Part shown: positions 39,374-50,929 of the stretch, in pieces
Layout of the letters: each line of letters starts with the position of its first letter
How positions within the stretch are numbered: the first letter of the stretch is position 1
Source: Macrostomum lignano
Taxonomy: Eukaryota
Direction of reading: 5' to 3'
Length of the DNA: 64,000 nt
NCBI GenBank assembly: GCA_002269645.1
Contig: NIVC01002456.1
Coordinates: 664-64,663, forward strand
Made by a program: the position numbers and the translations under genes
Notes under the pieces: generated by a model
Database searches by the model: none
Told to the model about the DNA's origin: nothing
What the model saw: only the letters and a program-made list of their open reading frames with translations

Positions 39374-42122
39374 TCACTTTCGCATTCCCTCGGAGCCAAG
39401 GAAGCCGCTTTCAACGATGCGGCCAAATAGAGCATAGGTCTCCCTGTAGGCGTCCTCGGGCATGTTCTCGTACACGAGGTCCAGGACGCGGCCTTCGCGG
39501 GCGAACTCCATGACGCGAACCAGGGTCTCCTTCTGCGTCTCGGTCAGGTTCATCTTTTGGGCGTAGTCGGCGACGTTGCGCTCCTCTGCGGCGTTTTAGA
39601 CGGTTGGCGATTTTTAAAACAGTCTGCGAGACTTTTGATAAGGTCCTTTCATATCTTTAGAAATGTTTATAGGGATTTTCACAACAGTTTGGGATGCCAT
39701 TTACATGTTGTAAGTTTGGGATTTTCGATTCAGTTCAAGATTTTTTTTGAGATTTAGGGGGTTTGTGAGATTTAGGGGAGTTGTGAGATTTAGGGGATTT
39801 GTGAGATTTAGGGGATTTTTTTAGAGATTTTGGGGGACTTTTTTTCGAGATTTAGAGGAATTTTTGAGATTTAAGGGATTTGTGAAATTTAAAGAATTTG
39901 TGATATTTAAGGGATTTGTGAGATTTAAGTGATTTTTTGAGATTAGTTCGGGATTTAAGAAATTTGTACAAACTTTGTGCCAGTTTGGGATTTCGAACTC
40001 ACCCGTGAGCAGCTTGGCGATCTGGTCAGGTGTTCCGTTGCCAAGGATTTTTGGGATCAGCCAGTCGTGGAATCGCATGATGAAGTGCTTCAGAATGATG
40101 CTGGCTGGGCGATCCTCTGGAAGGTTTAAGAGGAAAAATGGTTGTCATAGCAACTAACTGCATATGAGTTTTGGGCGCTGCTGCAAATCAAAGGCGACAG
40201 CCGTCCCAGCAGTCAGCAAGAAGGCCAGCAGTCAGTCACGCCCATTCCGCCGATCCCTGAGCACACGCTCACACAGGGTGTACAGCAGCTTTGACTTTCT
40301 CAAAGCAGAGCAAAGTTTACCGATATGTAGAGTAGAAAATTCTGACTGGAGACTGAAATTCTCAACACTTCCTCCCAGTGAGCTGTGGTATCTCGCCCTG
40401 TGAGCTGTGGCATCTCACCCTGTGAGCTGTGGCATCTCACCCTGTGAGCTGTGGCATCTCACCCTGTGAGCTGTGGCATCTCACCCTGTGAGCTGTGGCA
40501 TCTCACCCTGTGAGCTGTGGCATCTCACCCTGTGAGCTGTGGCATCTCACCCTGTGAGCTGTGGCATCTCACCCTGTGAGCTGTGGCATCTCACCCTGTG
40601 AGCTGTGGCATCTCACCCTGTGAGCTGTGGCATCTCACCCTGTGAGCTGTGGAATCTCACCCTGTGAGCTGTGGCATCTCACCCTGTGAGCTGTGGCATC
40701 TCACCCTGTGAGCTGTGGCATCTCACCCTGTGAGCTGTGGCATCTCACCCTGTGAGCTGTGGCATCTCACCCTGTGAGCTGTGGCATCTCACCCTGTGAG
40801 CTGTGGCATCTCACCCTGTGAGCTGTGGCATTTCACGCTGTGAGCTGTGGCATCTCACCCTGTGAGCTGTGGCATCTCACCCTGTGAGCTGTGGCATCTC
40901 ACCCTGTGAGCTGTGGCATCTCACCCTGTGAGCTGTGGCATCTCACCCTGTGAGCTGTGGCATCTCACCCTGTGAGCTGTGGCATCTCACCCTGTGAGCT
41001 GTGGCATCTCACCCTGTGAGCTGTGGCATCTCACCCTGTGAGTTGTGGCATCAATTTCCTATAACTGGAATAGCAATGGCTGTCCCTCTGCACCTTTAAC
41101 TGCAATCGATACACCTTGCCGTGGAAGGACCATAAAAAAAGCAAAAAGGAATTTGAGACGCAATACGAGGCACCTATTAGAAATAAGTTCTTATTATATA
41201 AGAAATAAGAGGAGAGATAAAGGCAGAGAGGCAGAGAGGAAGGGATAGAGGCGGAGAGCAAGAGAGAGAGACAGAGAGGACACAGAGAGGCGGAGAGGAA
41301 GGGAGAGAGGCGGAGAGGAAGGGAGAGAGGCAGAGAGGAAGGGAGAGAGGCAGAGAGGAAAGGAGAGAGGCGGAGAGGAAGGGAGAGAGGCGGAGAGGAA
41401 AGGAGAGAGGCAGAGAGGAAGGGAGAGAGGCGGAGAGGAAGGGAGAGAGGCGGAGAGGAAGGGAGAGAGGCGGAGAGGAAGGGAGAGAGGCACAGAGGAA
41501 GGGAGAGAGGCACAGAGGAAGGGAGAGAGGCGGAGAGGAAGGGAGAGAGGCGGAGAGGAAGGGTGAGAGGCGGAGCGGAAGTGAGATGTAGGAAATGTGA
41601 CAAAATGAATTAATTTAGTATTGACGCCTAAAATATTGAAAATGCTTTGATTCAAATTTGGGAGACAATTTGACAGGTGCCAAGCCAATAAACGCAATTT
41701 ATTTTAATTCAATTACTGGGCAGACTAGTTGGAGTGCTACAGTTCATCTTGCATTCACTGCTACCCTCTGTCCCTGCCTCTCTACCTTCTGCCCTTTTTC
41801 CCATTTGAACCTTACGAGCTACCTCGTGAAAAATGGAAAAATATCATTAGAATTGAGGAGTAGCAAATTTTGAGCTTGCCAAAAACTTGTTCTACTGAAA
41901 AATCTAGCTTATTTGAGGCATGATTTAGGCTGTATTTATTATAGAGTTTTGCAGTTAGTCTTTCAAAGCCAAAATATTAGTTCGATTGGCAATCAGTATA
42001 ATTTGTTTCTAAGTTGTTTTCGCTGCATATCGGATATTGGCTCGTATGCAACAGACAAGCAAACAGACAGACCGACAAACAGACAGACAGACAGAAAGAT
42101 CGACAGACAGACACTAAGACAC

Positions 42123-42157
<35 letters not shown>

Positions 42158-42240
42158 GGCGGGCAGACAGACACACAGACAGGCAGGCAGACAGGCAGAC
42201 AGACAGACAGACAGACAGGCAGACAGGCAGACAGACAGGC

Positions 42241-42295
<55 letters not shown>

Positions 42296-42348
42296 TAGGC
42301 AGACAGACAGACAGACAGACAGACAGGCAGGCAGACAGGCAGACAGGC

Positions 42349-42391
<43 letters not shown>

Positions 42392-42452
42392 TAGGCAGAC
42401 AGACAGGCAGACAGACAGACAGACAGACAGGCAGACAGGCAGACAGACAGGC

Positions 42453-42515
<63 letters not shown>

Positions 42516-42568
42516 TAGGCAGACAGACAGACAGACAGACAGACAGGCAGGCAGACAGGCAGACAGGC

Positions 42569-42611
<43 letters not shown>

Positions 42612-45600
42612 TAGGCAGACAGACAGGCAGGCAGACAGACAGACAGACAGACAGGCACTCACTGGCAATGCACAGCGCCTTGTCCTCATCGTATCCGTCG
42701 ATGCAGTCCTTCCGCCCGTCGCAGATGAAGGCAAACGACAGGCACTGGCCGCTCTTGCAAGGCCAGGGGGCGCTCTTGGGACAGTCGTTGCCCACGATGG
42801 GACCTGTTTGAGTGGTTCGGGTTGGATTAACTAACTGAAGATTCTTTAGAGTTTTATGTGCTCGTAGAGATGGTGAGATAGGGATGGAGAGACAGGGATG
42901 GGGAGACAGGGATGGGGAGACAGGGATGGAGAGACAGGGATGGGGAGACAGGGATGGGGAGACAGGGATGGAGAGACAGGGATGGGGAGACAGGGATGGG
43001 GAGACAGGGATGGGGAGACAGGGATGGGGAGACAGGGATGGGGAGACAGGGATGGGGAGACAGGGATGGGGAGACAGGGATGGGGAGACAGGGATGGGGA
43101 GACAGGGATGGGGAGACAGGGATGGGGAGACAGGGATGGGGAGACAGGGATGGGGAGACAGGGATGGGGAGACAGGGATGGGGAGACAACAGTACAGAAA
43201 TAGCCAGTAAATATTATATGCAAGAACACGCAGGGCTTGAAGAAAAGCAGCTTAAATTCTTTATTTACAAAGTAAAGAAGCGAGTAGATTGAGTAAAAAT
43301 TCAAACTAATCGCAGGCTATCATCAAATGTTGTTGATGTCTGAAGCAAGAATTGGCTACGTGGTTTTGCATAACAGCTGTTCACTGATAGATAAAGGTTG
43401 TTATAGATAGGTATTTACAGCTAAGGAAGGGCTGCATAACAAACACTAGGTTTCCAAGACGTGATTGACACTTAATACATAGGCACAATTTTAATCTAAG
43501 CAGAAAGCTTGTACAAATACAGATTCTTCAATTTGTATTCAAGGTGGCTGCGTCGAGAGAATAAGTTAGCAGAAAAAGCGCTCACGCGTTGAGGCGCTGT
43601 CGCCATCGGCTGAATAGATAATAGGTAATAAAACGAGATGAAGGTGTCAATCATGCCGCTATTAAGAGTCAGGGACAGATGACGATTATACAGTCAGGGC
43701 CGATGTACACCCTGCATGAGCGAGTGCATGAGTGCTGTGCCTGCGTGCAGTATTGGCGCGCTTGTGTGTGTGCTCAGGGGCCCGTGCTATAGAATCAGGA
43801 GTTAGGAGTTAGGAGCTAGGACTCAAGAGTACTCTTGACAAGGAGTGATTGAATTTTGTGTGCTATAGAATCAGGAGTTAGGAGTTAGGAGCTAGGACTC
43901 AAGAGTACTCTTGACAAGGAGTGATTGAATTTTGTGTGCTATAGAATCAGGAGTTAGGAGTTAGGAGCTGGGACTCAAGAGTACTCTTGACAAGGAGTGA
44001 TTGAATTTTGTGTGCTATAGAATCAGGAGTTAGGAGTTAGGAGCTGGGACTCAAGAGTACTCTTGACAAGGAGTGATTGAATTTTGTGTGCTATAGAATC
44101 AGGAGTTAGGAGTTAGGAGCTGGGACTCAAGAGTACTCTTGACAAGGAGTGATTGAATTTTGTGTGCTATAGAATCAGGAGTTAGGAGTTAGGAGCTGGG
44201 ACTCAAGAGTACTCTTGACAAGGAGTGATTGAATTTTGTGTGCTATAGAATCAGGAGTTAGGAGTTAGGAGCTAGGACTCAAGAGTACTCTTGACAAGGA
44301 GTGATTGAATTTTGTGTGCTATAGAATCAGGAGTTAGGAGTTAGGAGCTGGGACTCAAGAGTACTCTTGACAAGGAGTGATTGAATTTTGTGTGCTATAG
44401 AATCAGGAGTTAGGAGTTAGGAGCTGGGACTCAAGAGTACTCTTGACAAGGAGTGATTGAATTTTGTGTGCTATAGAATCAGGAGTTAGGAGTTAGGAGC
44501 TGGGACTCAAGAGTACTCTTGACAAGGAGTGATTGAATTTTGTGTGCTATAGAATCAGGAGTTAGGAGTTAGGAGCTGGGACTCAAGAGTACTCTTGACA
44601 AGGAGTGATTGAATTTTGTGTGCTATAGAATCAGGAGTTAGGAGTTAGGAGCTGGGACTCAAGAGTACTCTTGACAAGGAGTGATTGAATTTTGTGTGCT
44701 ATAGAATCAGGAGTTAGGAGTTAGGAGCTGGGACTCAAGAGTACTCTTGACAAGGAGTGATTGAATTTTGTGTGCTATAGAATCAGGAGTTAAGAGTTAG
44801 GAGCTAGGACTCAAGAGTACTCTTGACAAGGAGTGATTGAATTTTGTGTGCTATAGAATCAGGAGTTAGGAGCTAGGAGCTGGGACTCAAGAGTACTCTT
44901 GACAAGGAGTGATTGAATTTTGTGTGCTATAGAATCAGGAGTTAGGAGCTAGGAGCTGGGACTCAAGAGTACTCTTGACAAGGAGTGATTGAATTTTGTG
45001 TGCTATAGAATCAGGAGTTAGGAGCTAGGAGCTGGGACTCAAGAGTACTCTTGACAAGGAGTGATTGAATTTTGTGTGCTATAGAATCAGGAGTTAGGAG
45101 CTAGGAGCTAGGAGTTCTTGCAAGGAGTGCAGCCTAGGAGTGGGGGTGTGTTCAAGGAGTGTTGCGCAATCGTTTAAGGATGATAGAGAATTGTGTGCTA
45201 TATCACAATCCTAACTTTACGGTCCTTAAGAATTGAATCTCAGGAGTGAAAATGCAAATTGCTCAAAAAATATCATTTGTGAGAGCCGTCGCTGCACGCA
45301 AAGAGGTTCTCTTTGGTGCGTTTAGTATAACCATAACTAAGAATGCGAAGATGTGGCAAGACGTGATATTGGAATGCCGTGAAAAGTTTGGCTTTGACCC
45401 AACTCCGCAAGGAAAGGGTCTATCATTGACTCCTTCCTCATCAGAATCCGATTCGCTGTTCGAAAACATTATAATCCTAGCTTGTCTAAGATTGAAAATT
45501 GGCCCTTGAACTCTTGCTTAGGAGTCAAGAGTTAGGAGCGAAATTTTCTCATTCTATAGGACACACGCTCCTAGAATCACTCGTAAAAGCCAACTCCTAG

Positions 45601-48600
45601 CTCCTAGCTCCTAGACTTCCTCTCCTAATTCTATAGCATGCCACGGACCTTAATGAGTTCTCCTAAATTCACCCAAGAGTCTCCTAACGTCCTTAAGGAG
45701 CCTCCTAGCTCTTGAAATTTACTCTTGATTCTATAGCACAGAAAAGCCAGCTAGGAGCTAGGAGTTAGGACACTCTTAAGGATTTAGGAGTTAAGAGTAT
45801 TCTATAGCACGGGCCCCAGGAGTAAGCGGAATGGGCAGAATTGCCTCAGCGCTGAAGAATTTCGGAACGATGTCGCCGAAGGCCTCCTGCTGATATCTTT
45901 CATAGCGAATGAGAGAGAGAGAGCTGGATGCGTTACCACTCAGCTGTAGATAATCTGTCGTTTGAGAGGCTTATAGGCCTAATAAATGTATAGCTAAATG
46001 TACGACTATATCTAAGCCTTCAGCTGAGCATGAAACACATCATTTTACACCTGTTGTGGAGAATGTCCATGCAAAGGAAAGATTATTTAGTAGATTCTCT
46101 GCATTCCAGTTCATCGGAGCGGCAGTCGGATAAAAAGGGATTACAAGTGCTTTTCTGTCAGATAATTATAGTAACGAAAATTAATCCAGAAATTTCCAGA
46201 TGCAGATACCTGACTCACCAGGAGCGACGACGGCAGAACCTGAAAATTTTTTTTTTTTTGCAAATTTAACTCTGTGAATTCTACTGTCGGTGTGAGGGGA
46301 ATTCTACTGTCGGTGCGAGGCGAATTCTACTGTCGGTGTGAGGGGAGTTCTACTGTCGGTGTGAGGGGAGTTCTACTGTCGGTGTGAGGGGAATTCTACT
46401 GTAGATATGAGGGGAGTTCTACTGTCGATATGAGGGGAGTTCTACTGTCGGGGTGAGGGGAATTATACTGTCGGTGTGAGGGGAATTCTACTGTCAGGGT
46501 GAGGGGAATTCTACTGTCGGTGTGAGGGGAATTCTACTGTCGGTGTGAGGGGAGTTCTACTGTCGGTGTGAGGGGAATTCTACTGTCGGTGTGAGGGGAA
46601 TTCTACTGTCGGTGTGAGGGGAATTCTACTGTCGATATGAGGGGAGTTCTACTGTCGGTGTGAGGGGAATTCTACTGTCGATATGAGGGGAGTTCTACTG
46701 TCGATATGAGGGGAGTTCTACTGTCGGTGTGAGGGGAATTCTACTGTCGGGGTGAGGGGAGTTCTACTGTCGGGGTGAGGGGAGTTCTACTGTCGGTGTG
46801 AGGGGAATTCTACTGTCGATATGAGGGGAGTTCTACTGTCGATATGAGGGGAGTTCTACTGTCGGTGTGAGGGGAATTCTACTGTCGGGGTGAGGGGAGT
46901 TCTACTGTCGGGGTGAGGGGAATTCTACTGTCGGTGTGAGGGGAATTCTACTGTCGGTATGAGGGGAATTCTACTGTCGGTATGAGAGGTATTCTACTTT
47001 ACTTTATACTGTAGATATGGGAATTCGACTGTTGTAGGTATGAGGATACTGCTCAATCGAAAACGAAAACTTCAGTGTAAACAAGCACTGTACCTCCCGC
47101 CTGCGGCATACCGTAGCAACAACCGGCGTTGCCAAGCAACAAAACAGCCGGAAGCAGAGCAAACAGCGGATGATCTGCAAATGATATTGGAAACGATATT
47201 TTCAACTGGTTTTGTTTTCAATATCCCAGTCTTTACTCACAATTCACAAACACAAAATCGGATAGCATAAACGAAGATTTATATTGAGCTGCTAGGGGAC
47301 TGCAATCCAAACCGAAAATCCTTCCCTGCATTGTCATCAACTATTCGGCAACACAGGGATTAGCTGTATTGTTTGCATTGTTAATCAGTCCGGACATATT
47401 GGGCTATCGGGTTACAAGCTGAACCAAGACTCTGAGAGGAGAGGAATTGCGCCTAAAGCATCTGAGATAACTTCGAAGATAAGAAGAAGTGGTTAATACC
47501 CATTGATCTGCTGCTGCTGATGATGTTATGCTGTTGAAATTTGATATTGGCTCCCTTTTTTGTTATTCCGTGTGTTTAACAGTTTCTTTTCTAAGAAAAT
47601 ATTTTTGAGCATTTAGCATCTTTTGGGCTAGCTGTCACTAGCTGTCATTGTCTGTCTCTAGCTGTCATTAGCTGTCACTAGCTGTCATTGTCTGTCACTA
47701 GCTGTCATTGTCTGTCACTAGCTGTCATTGGCTGTCACTAGCTGCGATTGGCTGTCACTAGCTGCGATTGGCTGTCACTAGCTGTCATTGGCTGTCACTA
47801 GCTGTCATTGGCTGTCTCTAGCTGTCATTGGCTGTCACTAGCTGTCATTGGCTGTCACTAGCTGTCATTGGCTGTCTCTAGCTGTCATTGGCTGTCACTA
47901 GCTGTCATTGGCTGTCACTAGCTGTCATTGGCTGTCACTAGCTGTCATTGGCTGTCACTAGCTGTCATTGGCTGTCACTAGCTGTCATTGGCTGTCACTA
48001 GTTGTCATTGGCTGTCTCTAGCTGGCAATGTCAATTTTTTTCTTCGTTTTTTCTGAGACGATGAGAAGTTCTAAGAAAATCAATGAGGTCATGACTGTAA
48101 TATAGAAGTATAATTAATTGCCAATGCTCGTAAAAATCGATTGATGCTTTTTGTGAGTTTTAAATTTTTAATGATATTTTTATAACACGATAAACCGGTT
48201 TGTCCGCAATGTGGAACTGATAGAAAACCCCTGCTTTGCATAAAGATAGCGAGAGCGAGCTAAGCCTGACCCATGACCAAATGCATATCTGTTGTATAGT
48301 TAGTGCATTCTGTACGCTCGCTAGAGATACTATATTACCTAGATATGTCACAGAACCATTCACTAAAAATTTATTCAGCCCGAAAACCCCGGGGTTAGGG
48401 CCACAGACAGACAGACACAGACAGATGCTGCTAGTAATAATATTTGATTACACCTGACTCAATTGGAGCAGATGTGCAACCGACAGCTCAGCCGCAGCTA
48501 TTGCGCGGCGCATCTGAAGGGTGCATACGGCTGTTCAGTCCAGGGACTGGGGGGGGGGGGTAGTCACACACACACCCTCAATTACCCCAGCTAATGCTGG

Positions 48601-50159
48601 CACCCATTTTACAGCTGGGTGAACTGAAGCAATGCAGGGTTAAGTGTCTTGCTCAAAGACACGAATCGTTCCAGTCCAGTGGGATCGGGACCCAATGCTT
48701 GAGAGCAGCAGAGGCTATAGTCTATGGTCCGGGCGGCTGGAGTGGCCCATCTTAGGGGTACAGATGACAGCTAAAAGGTTGTAGCCTAGTGGTCAGAGAG
48801 ATCGGAATCACGACTTGAAGGTCGGGGGTCCGATTCCCGATCCCCACTGGAACAATTTGTTACCTCGAGCCAGCTGATTTATAATAAAATCTACTTTTAT
48901 TCAGAGTCCCTCTACTACTGCAGTTGTCTATCGATATGCCTGACCACTAGCACCATAACTCAATAACTAGCTGTACGTCACCAGAATCACCCAAAAAAAC
49001 TATACGCGATCTATAGTGTAATAAGATACATAGATAACACACAGGGAAACTGCAGAGATCCGACACAGTGACTCTCCTCTTGGTTGGCATAAATAATTCA
49101 ACGCTCATATAGTGAGTGTGGGAAGTGCGCCATAGCCTGAGCTGCATGTAAAGAAATAAAAAAGCAAAAGAAAAGCCAATACGTTACGCTATGCGGTACT
49201 TCAAAGGGCATTTTCTCATTAGCAAAGTTTTCCTGCGCCATTGTGGAGCTGAAACATCTGACTATTGATTATCCTGTAACAATAAAACATTATTTTTTAT
49301 TGAAATCTGAATCTGAATCTAGCTAATTCGAGAGATTGGAAAAATGTTATTGACTGAAGAAACATCAATAAAATGTATAACTTCGCAGTAAAATTGTAGT
49401 CTACTTTATTTAATTGAAGTTCGAGTTTCTGGATATCACTCCCAAAAAGTTAGGGGTGCCAGTGCGTCACTCTAAGGTAGGGGTGCCTGTGCGTCACTCT
49501 AAGGTAGGGGTGCCTGTGCGTCACTCTAAGGTAGGGGTGCCTGTGCGTCACTCAAGGTAGGGGTGCCAGTGCGTCACTCTAAGGCATGGGTGCCATTGCG
49601 TCACTCTAAGGTAGGGGTGCCTGTGCGTCACTCTAAGGTAGGGGTGCCTGTGCGTCACTCTAAGGTAGGGGTGCCTGTGCGTCACTCTAAGGTAGGGGTG
49701 CCTGTGCGTCACTCTAAGGTAGGGGTGCCAGTGCGTCACTCTAAGGTAGGGGTGCCTGTGCGTCACTCTAAGGTAGGGGTGCCTGTGCGTCACTCTAAGG
49801 TAGGGGTGCCTGTGCGTCACTCTAAGGTAGGGGTGCCTGTGCGTCACTCTAAGGTAGGGGTGCCAGTGCGTCACTCTAAGGCATGGGTGCCAGTGCGTCA
49901 CTCTAAGGTAGGGGTGCCTGTGCGTCACTCTAAGGTAGGGGTGCCTGTGCGTCACTCTAAGGTAGGGGTGCCTGTGCGTCACTCTAAGGTAGGGGTGCCT
50001 GTGCGTCACTCTAAGGTAGGGGTGCCTGTGCGTCACTCTAAGGTAGGGGTGCCAGTGCGTCACTCTAAGGTAGGGGTGCAGTGCGTCACTTTATGGTTGG
50101 GGTACCAGTGCATCCAGTCAAATTAAATCCTGCAATCAAAGACAATACTTACACTTCAT
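39374..50159 (-). CDS. Secreted prohormone-4-like (IDL/ITG-like family) LDL-receptor class A domain protein, 191 aa
   Basis: Exons 50159-50153, 47174-47094, 46239-46219 (21-nt microexon), 42803-42663, 40116-40003, 39585-39374, all phase 1 joins. Signal peptide [24 protein letters not shown]; 6-Cys LDLa [38 protein letters not shown]; helical C-terminus ending [10 protein letters not shown], as I recall for the prohormone-4 end (..EKLVNTGFL). Confidence 0.85.
39720..39960. repeat. Degenerate ~21-bp repeat (gggatttgtgagatttaa) in last intron of prohormone-4-like gene
   Basis: Recurrent gagatttag/gggattt units. Confidence 0.7.
40378..41052. repeat. 22-bp homogeneous minisatellite (gagctgtggcatctcaccctgt), ~30 copies
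   Basis: Direct periodicity. Confidence 0.97.
41210..41580. repeat. 20-bp polypurine minisatellite (gagagaggcggagaggaagg)
   Basis: Direct periodicity. Confidence 0.93.
42050..42656. repeat. (GACA/GGCA)n microsatellite starting just after the LDLa-exon donor
   Basis: Direct observation. Confidence 0.96.
42884..43187. repeat. 14-bp minisatellite (gacagggatgggga), ~21 copies
   Basis: Direct periodicity. Confidence 0.95.
43778..45816. mobile_element. Non-autonomous PIF/Harbinger DNA transposon (internal deletion derivative)
   Basis: Perfect 18-bp TIRs GGGCCCGTGCTATAGAAT (43778-43795) and ATTCTATAGCACGGGCCC (45799-45816). 3-bp TSD CAG (43775-43777, 45817-45819), matching the CWG target of animal Harbingers. 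Myb/SANT-like remnant [22 protein letters not shown] on + (45246-~45410) converges with an acidic ORF start [13 protein letters not shown] on - (45469-~45415). Confidence 0.88.
43784..45110. repeat. 76-bp tandem array (17 full units + partial) made from the Harbinger left end
   Basis: Unit begins with the TIR core GTGCTATAGAAT at 43784, 43860 ... 45076; contains the 16-bp palindrome TCAAGAGTACTCTTGA. Confidence 0.97.
46268..46998. repeat. 23-bp minisatellite (ttctactgtcggtgtgaggggaa), ~31 copies
   Basis: Direct periodicity; fills most of the intron between exons 47094 and 46239. Confidence 0.95.
47630..48025. repeat. 20-bp minisatellite (gctgtcattggctgtcacta)
   Basis: Direct periodicity. 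Confidence 0.95.
48435..48740 (-). mobile_element. tRNA-derived SINE with CORE-like central domain
   Basis: The minus strand of 48600-48662 reads GTGTCTTTGAGCAAGACACTTAACCCTGCATTGCTTCAGTTCACCCAGCTGTAAAATGGGTG, resembling the MIR/CORE consensus (..GGGCAAGTTACTTAACCTCTCTG..CAGTTTCCTCATCTGTAAAATGGG, from memory). A degenerate B-box-like GGGTCCCGATCCC lies upstream. Confidence 0.7.
48777..48856 (+). mobile_element. tRNA-like SINE head / tRNA pseudogene
   Basis: A-box TAGCCTAGTGG and B-box-like GGTCCGATTCC, followed by GATCCCCACTGGAAC as in the neighbouring minus-strand SINE head. Stems pair poorly. Confidence 0.55.
49455..50090. repeat. 27-bp minisatellite (gtgcgtcactctaaggtaggggtgcct), ~23 copies, first intron of prohormone-4-like gene
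   Basis: Direct periodicity. Confidence 0.96.
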
Positions 50160-50929
50160 TTGCGCGCCAAGAATATTATCAGATTAATCGAGATCAACAA
50201 GAATTTCACTAGCAAAGCTGGTCGAGAGAGGACTCTAGCAATGATTTATAGCTTTCGTAACAGCGACAGAACCGGCACTGCGACTGGACTCAAACCGCTT
50301 CCTATTTTAATACCCCACCGAGTCGGCTTTTCCTCATCATCATTTTCTTCCCTACTAATACTACAATAATCTCCAATGGCAACAACTGCAGCCAGCCAAT
50401 CAGAGAGCGCTCAAAGGTTGGCGACAGAGTGGTGTATGGGATGAGATCTGAGGCGCCTACTCAGCCGCAAGCATATACAATATACAACACAATACAATTC
50501 AGAGATGCCGGTTTTTTACATTTCCAGCAATAATTAATAATTCATAAAGCTATACAGATGAGTATTAGACTTAGACCATAATCTGCGCCGATGATAGGGT
50601 GGGGCGCTATAAAAAGATAAAAGATGAGAGAGAATTAGAAATTTAGCACGAACCCCCGGAACCCCGGGGCGAAGAACAATATCATAGCGGAGTGGATCCC
50701 TGAATGCCCACCTGTATAATTATCTACTCCAAGCAAGTATAGCGAAGCTAGTGGCTGGCTGCAATATGCAACTGGCTCATCGTTTCTTTTTGGATTGCCG
50801 ACTATATTCGTTCCAACTCTGTTGCCATCAAGTTTCTGTGCAGGCGAAAGGTTTCTCCTTTTTTTAAACAAAAATGCCATTTTGACGGAACTTTTCAAAA
50901 GACCATTTTTTCGAGCAACGGGCCTAAGA

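Noticed and set aside
43784-45110. CRISPR-like array with palindromic repeat
   Set aside because: Units are contiguous and near-identical with no unique spacers, there are no cas genes, and the array sits within transposon TIRs in a eukaryotic intron.
46268-46998. NF-kB site array (GGGGAATTCT)
   Set aside because: It misses the consensus at the last position and half the units read GGGGAGTTCT; with more than 30 arrays, near-matches are expected by chance.
48777-48850. Functional tRNA gene
   Set aside because: Acceptor and anticodon stems pair poorly, the B-box is mutated and there is no oligo-T terminator; better explained as a SINE head.
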